Positions 26,101 to 39,295 of a DNA stretch of 64,000 nucleotides are shown piece by piece (positions within the stretch are counted from its first letter, which is position 1; each line of letters opens with the position of its first letter). The DNA is from Eledone cirrhosa. Taxonomy: Eukaryota. Both the position numbers and the translations under genes were made by a program. The notes under the pieces are model-generated. The model was given only the letters and a program-made list of their open reading frames with translations, did no database searches and was not told the DNA's origin. Location: assembly GCA_964016885.1 (NCBI GenBank), contig OZ024740.1, forward strand, positions 19,964,001-20,028,000, written 5' to 3'.

Positions 26101-29100
26101 TGATGCAGTGTCCTCTCGAAAGCTAAAAACTGATGCAGTGTCCTCTCGACAGCTAACAACTGATGCAGCGTCTCGAAATCTAACAACTGATGCAGTGTCC
26201 CGACAGCTAACAACTGATGCAGTGTCCTCTCGACAGCTAACAACTGATGCAGTGTCCTGACAGCTGACAACTGATGCAGTGTCCCGACAGCTAACAACTG
26301 ATGCAGTGTCTCGACAGCTAACAACTGATGCAGTGACCCGACAGCTAACAACTGATGCAGTGATTCGACATCTAACCACTGATGCAGTGTCCTCTCGACA
26401 GCTAACAACTGATGCAGTGTCCTCCCGACAGCTAACAACTGATGCAGTGTCCTCTCGACAGCTAACAACTGATGCAGTGTCCTCTCGACAGCTAACAACT
26501 GATGCTGTGCTCAGACAGCTAACAACTGATGCAGTGTCCCGACAGCTAACAACTGATGCAGTGTCTCGACAGCTAACAACTGATGCAGTGCTTAGACAGC
26601 TAACAACTGATGCAGTGCTCAGACAGCTAACAACTGATGCAGTGTCTCGACAGCTAACAACTGATGCAGTGTCCTCTCGACAGCTAACATATGATGCAGT
26701 GTCCTCTCGACAGCTAACAACTGATGCAGTGTCCTCTCGACAGCTAACAACTGATGCAGTGTCTCGACAGCTAACAACTGATGCAGTGTCTCGACAGCTA
26801 ACAACTGATGCAGTGTCTCGACAGCTAACAACTGATGCAGTGATTCGACATCTAACAACTGATACAGTGTCCACGCAGGTAACAACTGATGCAGTGTCCT
26901 CTCGACAGGTAACAACTGATGAAGTGTCCTCTCGACAGCTAACAACTGATGCAATGTCCTCTAAACAGCTAACAACTTATGCAGTGTCCTCTCGACAGCT
27001 AACAACTGATGCAGTGTCCTCTCGACAGCTAACAACTGATGCAGTGCCTCGACAGCTAACAACTGATGTAGTGTGCTCTCGACAGCTAACAACCTATGCA
27101 GTGTCCCGACAGCTAACAAATGCTGCAGTGTCCCGACAGCTAACAACTGATGCAGTGTCCTCTCGACAGCTAACAACTGATGCAGTGTCCTAACAGCTAA
27201 CAACTGATGCAGTGTCCTCTCGAAAGCTAAAAACTGATGCAGTGTCCTCTCGACAGCTAACAACTGATGCAGTGTCTCGAAATCTAACAACTGATGCAGT
27301 GTCCCGACAGCTAACAACTGATGCAGTGTCCTCTCGACAGCTAACAACTGATGCAGTGTCCTGACAGCTGACAACTGATGCAGTGTCCCGACAGCTAACA
27401 ACTGATGCAGTGTCTCGACAGCTAACAACTGATGCAGTGACCCGACAGCTAACAACTGATGCGGTGATTCGACATCTAACCACTGATGCAGTGTCCTCTC
27501 GACAGCTAACAACTGATGCAGTGTCCTCCCGACAGCTAACAACTGATGCAGTGTCCTCTCGAAAGCTAAAAACTGATGCAGTGTCCTCTCGACAGCTAAC
27601 AACTGATGCAGCGTCTCGAAATCTAACAACTGATGCAGTGTCCCGACAGCTAACAACTGATGCAGTGTCCTCTCGACAGCTAACAACTGATGCAGTGTCC
27701 TGACAGCTGACAACTGATGCAGTGTCCCGACAGCTAACAACTGATGCAGTGTCTCGACAGCTAACAACTGATGCAGTGACCCGACAGCTAACAACTGATG
27801 CAGTGATTCGACATCTAACCACTGATGCAGTGTCCTCTCGACAGCTAACAACTGATGCAGTGTCCTCCCGACAGCTAACAACTGATGCAGTGTCCTCTCG
27901 ACAGCTAACAACTGATGCAGTGTCCTCTCGACAGCTAACAACTGATGCTGTGCTCAGACAGCTAACAACTGATGCAGTGTCCCGACAGCTAACAACTGAT
28001 GCAGTGTCTCGACAGCTAACAACTGATGCAGTGCTTAGACAGCTAACAACTGATGCAGTGCTCAGACAGCTAACAACTGATGCAGTGTCTCGACAGCTAA
28101 CAACTGATGCAGTGTCCTCTCGACAGCTAACATATGATGCAGTGTCCTCTCGACAGCTAACAACTGATGCAGTGTCCTCTCGACAGCTAACAACTGATGC
28201 AGTGTCCTCTCGACAGCTAACAACTGATGATGTGTCTCGACAGCTAACAACTGATGCAGTGTCCTCTCGACAGCTAACAACTGATGCAGTGTCCTCTCGA
28301 CAGCTAACATCTGATGCAGTGTCTCGACAGCTAACAACTGATGCAGTGTCTCGACAGCTAACAACTGATGCAGTGTCTCGACAGCTAAACAACTGATGCT
28401 GTGTCTCGACAGCTAACAACTGATGCAGTGTCCTTCCGACAGCTAAAAACTAATGCAGTGTCCTCTCGTCAGCTAACAACTGATGCAGTGTCCTCTCGAC
28501 AGCTAACAACCTGATGCAGTGTCCTCTCGACAGCTAACAACTGATGCAGTGTCTCGACAGCTAACAACTGATGCAGTGTCTCGACAGCTAACAACTGATG
28601 CAGTGTCCTCTCGACAGCTAACAACTAATGCAGTGTCCTCTCGACAGCTAACAACTGATGCAGTGTCTCAAGAGCTAACAACTGATGCAGTGTCCCGACA
28701 GCTAACAACTGATGCAGTGTCAACTCGACAGCTAACAACTGATGCAGTGTCCTCTCGACAGCTAACAACTGATGCAGTGCCTCGACAGCTAACAACTGAT
28801 GTAGTGTCCTCTCGACAGCTAACAACCTATGCAGTGTCTCGACAGCTAACAACTGATGCAGTGCCTCGACAGCTAACAACTGCTGCAGTGTCCCGACAGC
28901 TAACAACTGATGCAGTGTCTAGACAGCTAACAACTGATGCAGTGTCCTCTCGACAGCTAACAACTGATGCAGTGTCCCAACAGCTAACAACTGATGCAGT
29001 GTCCTCTCGAAAGCTAAAAACTGATGCAGTGTCCTCTCGACAGCTAACAACTGATGCAGTGTCTCGAAATCTAACCACTGATGCAGTGTCCCGAGAGCTA

Positions 29101-30409
29101 ACAACTGATGCAGTGTCTCGACAGCTAACAACTGATGCAGTGACCCGACAGCTAACAACTGATGCAGTGATTCGACATCTAACCACTGATGCAGTGTCCT
29201 CTCGACAGCTACCAACTGATGCAGTGTCTCGACAGCTAACAACTGATGCAGTGTCTCGACAGCTAACAACTGATGCAGTGTCTCGACAGCTAACAACTGA
29301 TGCAGTGATTCGACATCTAACAACTGATGAAGTGTCCTCTCGACAGCTAACAACTGATGCAATGTCCTCTAAACAGCTAACAACTTATGCAGTGTCCTCT
29401 CGACAGCTAACAACTGATGCAGTGTCCTCTCGACAGCTAACAACTGATGCAGTGTCCCGACAGCTAACAACTGATGCAGTGTCTCGACATCTAACAACTG
29501 ATGCAGTGTCCCAATAGCTAACAACTGATGCAGTGTCCTCTCGACAGCTAAAAACTGATGCAGTGTCCCGACAGCTGACAACTGATACAGTGTCCCGACA
29601 GCTAACAACTGATGCAGTGTCTCGACAGCTAACAACTGATGCAGTGACCCGACAGCTAACAACTGATGCAGTGATTCGACATCTAACCACTGATGCAGTG
29701 TCCTCTCGACAGCTAACAACTGATGCAGTGTCCTCCCGACAGCTAACAACTGATGCAGTGTCCCGACAGCTAACAACTGATGCAGTGTCTCGACAGCTAA
29801 TAACTGATGCAGTGTCCTCTCGACAGCTAACAACTGATGCAGTGTCCTCTCGACAGCTAACAACTGATGCAGTGACCTCTCGACAGCTAACAACTGATGC
29901 AGTGTCCTCTCGACAGCTAACAACTGATGCAGTGTCCTCTCGACAGCTAACAACTGATGCAGTGTCTCGACAGCTAACAACTGATGCAGTGTCTCGACAG
30001 CTAACAACTGATGCAGTGTCTCGACAGCTAACAACTGATGCAGTGATTCGACATCTAACAACTGATACAGTGTCCACGCAGGTAACAACTGATGCAGTGT
30101 CCTCTCGACAGGTAACAACTGATGAAGTGTCCTCTCGACAGCTAACAACTGATGCAATGTCCTCTAAACAGCTAACAACTTATGCAGTGTCCTCTCGACA
30201 GCTAACAACTGATGCAGTGTCCTCTCGACAGCTAACAACTGATGCAGTGCCTCGACAGCGAACAACTGATGTAGTGTGCTCTCGACAGCTAACAACCTAT
30301 GCAGTGTCCCGACAGCTAACAAATGCTGCAGTGTCCCGACAGCTAACAACTGATGCAGTGTCCTCTCGACAGCTAACAACTGATGCAGTGTCCTAACAGC
30401 TAACAACTG

Positions 30410-31430
30410 ATGCAGTGTCCTCTCGAAAGCTAAAAACTGATGCAGTGTCCTCTCGACAGCTAACAACTGATGCAGTGTCTCGAAATCTAACAACTGATGC
30501 AGTGTCCCGACAGCTAACAACTGATGCAGTGTCCTCTCGACAGCTAACAACTGATGCAGTGTCCTGACAGCTGACAACTGATGCAGTGTCCCGACAGCTA
30601 ACAACTGATGCAGTGTCTCGACAGCTAACAACTGATGCAGTGACCCGACAGCTAACAACTGATGCGGTGATTCGACATCTAACCACTGATGCAGTGTCCT
30701 CTCGACAGCTAACAACTGATGCAGTGTCCTCCCGACAGCTAACAACTGATGCAGTGTCCTCTCGAAAGCTAAAAACTGATGCAGTGTCCTCTCGACAGCT
30801 AACAACTGATGCAGCGTCTCGAAATCTAACAACTGATGCAGTGTCCCGACAGCTAACAACTGATGCAGTGTCCTCTCGACAGCTAACAACTGATGCAGTG
30901 TCCTGACAGCTGACAACTGATGCAGTGTCCCGACAGCTAACAACTGATGCAGTGTCTCGACAGCTAACAACTGATGCAGTGACCCGACAGCTAACAACTG
31001 ATGCGGTGATTCGACATCTAACCACTGATGCAGTGTCCTCTCGACAGCTAACAACTGATGCAGTGTCCTCCCGACAGCTAACAACTGATGCAGTGTCCTC
31101 TCGAAAGCTAAAAACTGATGCAGTGTCCTCTCGACAGCTAACAACTGATGCAGCGTCTCGAAATCTAACAACTGATGCAGTGTCCCGACAGCTAACAACT
31201 GATGCAGTGTCCTCTCGACAGCTAACAACTGATGCAGTGTCCTGACAGCTGACAACTGATGCAGTGTCCCGACAGCTAACAACTGATGCAGTGTCTCGAC
31301 AGCTAACAACTGATGCAGTGACCCGACAGCTAACAACTGATGCAGTGATTCGACATCTAACCACTGATGCAGTGTCCTCTCGACAGCTAACAACTGATGC
31401 AGTGTCCTCCCGACAGCTAACAACTGATGC
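30410..31430 (+). repeat. Triplicated 339-bp sub-HOR
   Basis: ORF starts at 30586, 30925 and 31264 are each 339 apart; the first two ORFs are identical 106-aa translations. Confidence 0.9.
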
Positions 31431-34400
31431 AGTGTCCTCTCGACAGCTAACAACTGATGCAGTGTCCTCTCGACAGCTAACAACTGATGCTGTGCTCAGA
31501 CAGCTAACAACTGATGCAGTGTCCCGACAGCTAACAACTGATGCAGTGTCTCGACAGCTAACAACTGATGCAGTGCTTAGACAGCTAACAACTGATGCAG
31601 TGCTCAGACAGCTAACAACTGATGCAGTGTCTCGACAGCTAACAACTGATGCAGTGTCCTCTCGACAGCTAACATATGATGCAGTGTCCTCTCGACAGCT
31701 AACAACTGATGCAGTGTCCTCTCGACAGCTAACAACTGATGCAGTGTCTCGACAGCTAACAACTGATGCAGTGTCTCGACAGCTAACAACTGATGCAGTG
31801 TCTCGACAGCTAACAACTGATGCAGTGATTCGACATCTAACAACTGATACAGTGTCCACGCAGGTAACAACTGATGCAGTGTCCTCTCGACAGGTAACAA
31901 CTGATGAAGTGTCCTCTCGACAGCTAACAACTGATGCAATGTCCTCTAAACAGCTAACAACTTATGCAGTGTCCTCTCGACAGCTAACAACTGATGCAGT
32001 GTCCTCTCGACAGCTAACAACTGATGCAGTGCCTCGACAGCTAACAACTGATGTAGTGTGCTCTCGACAGCTAACAACCTATGCAGTGTCCCGACAGCTA
32101 ACAAATGCTGCAGTGTCCCGACAGCTAACAACTGATGCAGTGTCCTCTCGACAGCTAACAACTGATGCAGTGTCCTAACAGCTAACAACTGATGCAGTGT
32201 CCTCTCGAAAGCTAAAAACTGATGCAGTGTCCTCTCGACAGCTAACAACTGATGCAGTGTCTCGAAATCTAACAACTGATGCAGTGTCCCGACAGCTAAC
32301 AACTGATGCAGTGTCCTCTCGACAGCTAACAACTGATGCAGTGTCCTGACAGCTGACAACTGATGCAGTGTCCCGACAGCTAACAACTGATGCAGTGTCT
32401 CGACAGCTAACAACTGATGCAGTGACCCGACAGCTAACAACTGATGCGGTGATTCGACATCTAACCACTGATGCAGTGTCCTCTCGACAGCTAACAACTG
32501 ATGCAGTGTCCTCCCGACAGCTAACAACTGATGCTGTGTCCTCTCGAAAGCTAAAAACTGATGCAGTGTCCTCTCGACAGCTAACAACTGATGCAGCGTC
32601 TCGAAATCTAACAACTGATGCAGTGTCCCGACAGCTAACAACTGATGCAGTGTCCTCTCGACAGCTAACAACTGATGCAGTGTCCTGACAGCTGACAACT
32701 GATGCAGTGTCCCGACAGCTAACAACTGATGCAGTGTCTCGACAGCTAACAACTGATGCAGTGACCCGACAGCTAACAACTGATGCAGTGATTCGACATC
32801 TAACCACTGATGCAGTGTCCTCTCGACAGCTAACAACTGATGCAGTGTCCTCCCGACAGCTAACAACTGATGCAGTGTCCTCTCGACAGCTAACAACTGA
32901 TGCAGTGTCCTCTCGACAGCTAACAACTGATGCTGTGCTCAGACAGCTAACAACTGATGCAGTGTCCCGACAGCTAACAACTGATGCAGTGTCTCGACAG
33001 CTAACAACTGATGCAGTGCTTAGACAGCTAACAACTGATGCAGTGCTCAGACAGCTAACAACTGATGCAGTGTCTCGACAGCTAACAACTGATGCAGTGT
33101 CCTCTCGACAGCTAACATATGATGCAGTGTCCTCTCGACAGCTAACAACTGATGCAGTGTCCTCTCGACAGCTAACAACTGATGCAGTGTCCTCTCGACA
33201 GCTAACAACTGATGATGTGTCTCGACAGCTAACAACTGATGCAGTGTCCTCTCGACAGCTAACAACTGATGCAGTGTCCTCTCGACAGCTAACATCTGAT
33301 GCAGTGTCTCGACAGCTAACAACTGATGCAGTGTCTCGACAGCTAACAACTGATGCAGTGTCTCGACAGCTAAACAACTGATGCAGTGTCTCGACAGCTA
33401 ACAACTGATGCAGTGTCCTTCCGACAGCTAAAAACTAATGCAGTGTCCTCTCGTCAGCTAACAACTGATGCAGTGTCCTCTCGACAGCTAACAACCTGAT
33501 GCAGTGTCCTCTCGACAGCTAACAACTGATGCAGTGTCTCGACAGCTAACAACTGATGCAGTGTCTCGACAGCTAACAACTGATGCAGTGTCCTCTCGAC
33601 AGCTAACAACTAATGCAGTGTCCTCTCGACAGCTAACAACTGATGCAGTGTCTCAAGAGCTAACAACTGATGCAGTGTCCCGACAGCTAACAACTGATGC
33701 AGTGTCAACTCGACAGCTAACAACTGATGCAGTGTCCTCTCGACAGCTAACAACTGATGCAGTGCCTCGACAGCTAACAACTGATGTAGTGTCCTCTCGA
33801 CAGCTAACAACCTATGCAGTGTCTCGACAGCTAACAACTGATGCAGTGCCTCGACAGCTAACAACTGCTGCAGTGTCCCGACAGCTAACAACTGATGCAG
33901 TGTCTAGACAGCTAACAACTGATGCAGTGTCCTCTCGACAGCTAACAACTGATGCAGTGTCCCAACAGCTAACAACTGATGCAGTGTCCTCTCGAAAGCT
34001 AAAAACTGATGCAGTGTCCTCTCGACAGCTAACAACTGATGCAGTGTCTCGAAATCTAACCACTGATGCAGTGTCCCGACAGCTAACAACTGATGCAGTG
34101 TCTCGACAGCTAACAACTGATGCAGTGACCCGACAGCTAACAACTGATGCAGTGATTCGACATCTAACCACTGATGCAGTGTCCTCTCGACAGCTACCAA
34201 CTGATGCAGTGTCTCGACAGCTAACAACTGATGCAGTGTCTCGACAGCTAACAACTGATGCAGTGTCTCGACAGCTAACAACTGATGCAGTGATTCGACA
34301 TCTAACAACTGATGAAGTGTCCTCTCGACAGCTAACAACTGATGCAATGTCCTCTAAACAGCTAACAACTTATGCAGTGTCCTCTCGACAGCTAACAACT

Positions 34401-37094
34401 GATGCAGTGTCCTCTCGACAGCTAACAACTGATGCAGTGTCCCGACAGCTAACAACTGATGCAGTGTCTCGACATCTAACAACTGATGGAGTGTCCCAAT
34501 AGCTAACAACTGATGCAGTGTCCTCTCGACAGCTAACAACTGATGCAGTGTCCCGACAGCTGACAACTGATACAGTGTCCCGACAGCTAACAACTGATGC
34601 AGTGTCTCGACAGCTAACAACTGATGCAGTGACCCGACAGCTAACAACTGATGCAGTGATTCGACATCTAACCACTGATGCAGTGTCCTCTCGACAGCTA
34701 ACAACTGATGCAGTGTCCTCCCGACAGCTAACAACTGATGCAGTGTCCCGACAGCTAACAACTGATGCAGTGTCTCGACAGCTAATAACTGATGCAGTGT
34801 CCTCTCGACAGCTAACAACTGATGCAGTGTCCTCTCGACAGCTAACAACTGATGCAGTGACCTCTCGACAGCTAACAACTGATGCAGTGTCCTCTCGACA
34901 GCTAACAACTGATGCAGTGTCCTCTCGACAGCTAACAACTGATGCAGTGTCTCGACAGCTAACAACTGATGCAGTGTCTCGACAGCTAACAACTGATGCA
35001 GTGTCTCGACAGCTAACAACTGATGCAGTGATTCGACATCTAACAACTGATACAGTGTCCACGCAGGTAACAACTGATGCAGTGTCCTCTCGACAGGTAA
35101 CAACTGATGAAGTGTCCTCTCGACAGCTAACAACTGATGCAATGTCCTCTAAACAGCTAACAACTTATGCAGTGTCCTCTCGACAGCTAACAACTGATGC
35201 AGTGTCCTCTCGACAGCTAACAACTGATGCAGTGCCTCGACAGCTAACAACTGATGTAGTGTGCTCTCGACAGCTAACAACCTATGCAGTGTCCCGACAG
35301 CTAACAAATGCTGCAGTGTCCCGACAGCTAACAACTGATGCAGTGTCCTCTCGACAGCTAACAACTGATGCAGTGTCCTAACAGCTAACAACTGATGCAG
35401 TGTCCTCTCGAAAGCTAAAAACTGATGCAGTGTCCTCTCGACAGCTAACAACTGATGCAGTGTCTCGAAATCTAACAACTGATGCAGTGTCCCGACAGCT
35501 AACAACTGATGCAGTGTCCTCTCGACAGCTAACAACTGATGCAGTGTCCTGACAGCTGACAACTGATGCAGTGTCCCGACAGCTAACAACTGATGCAGTG
35601 TCTCGACAGCTAACAACTGATGCAGTGACCCGACAGCTAACAACTGATGCGGTGATTCGACATCTAACCACTGATGCAGTGTCCTCTCGACAGCTAACAA
35701 CTGATGCAGTGTCCTCCCGACAGCTAACAACTGATGCAGTGTCCTCTCGAAAGCTAAAAACTGATGCAGTGTCCTCTCGACAGCTAACAACTGATGCAGC
35801 GTCTCGAAATCTAACAACTGATGCAGTGTCCCGACAGCTAACAACTGATGCAGTGTCCTCTCGACAGCTAACAACTGATGCAGTGTCCTGACAGCTGACA
35901 ACTGATGCAGTGTCCCGACAGCTAACAACTGATGCAGTGTCTCGACAGCTAACAACTGATGCAGTGACCCGACAGCTAACAACTGATGCAGTGATTCGAC
36001 ATCTAACCACTGATGCAGTGTCCTCTCGACAGCTAACAACTGATGCAGTGTCCTCCCGACAGCTAACAACTGATGCAGTGTCCTCTCGACAGCTAACAAC
36101 TGATGCAGTGTCCTCTCGACAGCTAACAACTGATGCTGTGCTCAGACAGCTAACAACTGATGCAGTGTCCCGACAGCTAACAACTGATTCAGTGTCTCGA
36201 CAGCTAACAACTGATGCAGTGCTTAGACAGCTAACAACTGATGCAGTGCTCAGACAGCTAACAACTGATGCAGTGTCTCGACAGCTAACAACTGATGCAG
36301 TGTCCTCTCGACAGCTAACATATGATGCAGTGTCCTCTCGACAGCTAACAACTGATGCAGTGTCCTCTCGACAGCTAACAACTGATGCAGTGTCCTCTCG
36401 ACAGCTAACAACTGATGATGTGTCTCGACAGCTAACAACTGATGCAGTGTCCTCTCGACAGCTAACAACTGATGCAGTGTCCTCTCGACAGCTAACATCT
36501 GATGCAGTGTCTCGACAGCTAACAACTGATGCAGTGTCTCGACAGCTAACAACTGATGCAGTGTCTCGACAGCTAAACAACTGATGCAGTGTCTCGACAG
36601 CTAACAACTGATGCAGTGTCCTTCCGACAGCTAAAAACTAATGCAGTGTCCTCTCGTCAGCTAACAACTGATGCAGTGTCCTCTCGACAGCTAACAACCT
36701 GATGCAGTGTCCTCTCGACAGCTAACAACTGATGCAGTGTCTCGACAGCTAACAACTGATGCAGTGTCTCGACAGCTAACAACTGATGCAGTGTCCTCTC
36801 GACAGCTAACAACTAATGCAGTGTCCTCTCGACAGCTAACAACTGATGCAGTGTCTCAAGAGCTAACAACTGATGCAGTGTCCCGACAGCTAACAACTGA
36901 TGCAGTGTCAACTCGACAGCTAACAACTGATGCAGTGTCCTCTCGACAGCTAACAACTGATGCAGTGCCTCGACAGCTAACAACTGATGTAGTGTCCTCT
37001 CGACAGCTAACAACCTATGCAGTGTCTCGACAGCTAACAACTGATGCAGTGCCTCGACAGCTAACAACTGCTGCAGTGTCCCGACAGCTAACAA

Positions 37095-39295
37095 CTGATG
37101 CAGTGTCTAGACAGCTAACAACTGATGCAGTGTCCTCTCGACAGCTAACAACTGATGCAGTGTCCCAACAGCTAACAACTGATGCAGTGTCCTCTCGAAA
37201 GCTAAAAACTGATGCAGTGTCCTCTCGACAGCTAACAACTGATGCAGTGTCTCGAAATCTAACCACTGATGCAGTGTCCCGACAGCTAACAACTGATGCA
37301 GTGTCTCGACAGCTAACAACTGATGCAGTGACCCGACAGCTAACAACTGATGCAGTGATTCGACATCTAACCACTGATGCAGTGTCCTCTCGACAGCTAC
37401 CAACTGATGCAGTGTCTCGACAGCTAACAACTGATGCAGTGTCTCGACAGCTAACAACTGATGCAGTGTCTCGACAGCTAACAACTGATGCAGTGATTCG
37501 ACATCTAACAACTGATGAAGTGTCCTCTCGACAGCTAACAACTGATGCAATGTCCTCTAAACAGCTAACAACTTATGCAGTGTCCTCTCGACAGCTAACA
37601 ACTGATGCAGTGTCCTCTCGACAGCTAACAACTGATGCAGTGTCCCGACAGCTAACAACTGATGCAGTGTCTCGACATCTAACAACTGATGCAGTGTCCC
37701 AATAGCTAACAACTGATGCAGTGTCCTCTCGACAGCTAACAACTGATGCAGTGTCCCGACAGCTGACAACTGATACAGTGTCCCGACAGCTAACAACTGA
37801 TGCAGTGTCTCGACAGCTAACAACTGATGCAGTGACCCGACAGCTAACAACTGATGCAGTGATTCGACATCTAACCACTGATGCAGTGTCCTCTCGACAG
37901 CTAACAACTGATGCAGTGTCCTCCCGACAGCTAACAACTGATGCAGTGTCCCGACAGCTAACAACTGATGCAGTGTCTCGACAGCTAATAACTGATGCAG
38001 TGTCCTCTCGACAGCTAACAACTGATGCAGTGTCCTCTCGACAGCTAACAACTGATGCAGTGACCTCTCGACAGCTAACAACTGATGCAGTGTCCTCTCG
38101 ACAGCTAACAACTGATGCAGTGTCCTCTCGACAGCTAACAACTGATGCAGTGTCTCGACAGCTAACAACTGATGCAGTGTCTCGACAGCTAACAACTGAT
38201 GCAGTGTCTAGACAGCTAACAACTGATGCAGTGTCCTCTCGACAGCTAACAACTGATGCAGTGTCCCAACAGCTAACAACTGATGCAGTGTCCTCTCGAA
38301 AGCTAAAAACTGATGCAGTGTCCTCTCGACAGCTAACAACTGATGCAGTGTCTCGAAATCTAACCACTGATGCAGTGTCCCGACAGCTAACAACTGATGC
38401 AGTGTCTCGACAGCTAACAACTGATGCAGTGACCCGACAGCTAACAACTGATGCAGTGATTCGACATCTAACCACTGATGCAGTGTCCTCTCGACAGCTA
38501 CCAACTGATGCAGTGTCTCGACAGCTAACAACTGATGCAGTGTCTCGACAGCTAACAACTGATGCAGTGTCTCGACAGCTAACAACTGATGCAGTGATTC
38601 GACATCTAACAACTGATGAAGTGTCCTCTCGACAGCTAACAACTGATGCAATGTCCTCTAAACAGCTAACAACTTATGCAGTGTCCTCTCGACAGCTAAC
38701 AACTGATGCAGTGTCCTCTCGACAGCTAACAACTGATGCAGTGTCCCGACAGCTAACAACTGATGCAGTGTCTCGACATCTAACAACTGATGCAGTGTCC
38801 CAATAGCTAACAACTGATGCAGTGTCCTCTCGACAGCTAACAACTGATGCAGTGTCCCGACAGCTGACAACTGATACAGTGTCCCGACAGCTAACAACTG
38901 ATGCAGTGTCTCGACAGCTAACAACTGATGCAGTGACCCGACAGCTAACAACTGATGCAGTGATTCGACATCTAACCACTGATGCAGTGTCCTCTCGACA
39001 GCTAACAACTGATGCAGTGTCCTCCCGACAGCTAACAACTGATGCAGTGTCCCGACAGCTAACAACTGATGCAGTGTCTCGACAGCTAATAACTGATGCA
39101 GTGTCCTCTCGACAGCTAACAACTGATGCAGTGTCCTCTCGACAGCTAACAACTGATGCAGTGACCTCTCGACAGCTAACAACTGATGCAGTGTCCTCTC
39201 GACAGCTAACAACTGATGCAGTGTCCTCTCGACAGCTAACAACTGATGCAGTGTCTCGACAGCTAACAACTGATGCAGTGTCTCGACAGCTAACA
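37095..39295 (+). repeat. 1101-bp internal tandem duplication within a 3203-bp unit
   Basis: ORF pairs 37107/38208 and 37721/38822 differ by 1101, and 3203+1101 equals the observed 4304 spacing. Confidence 0.88.
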
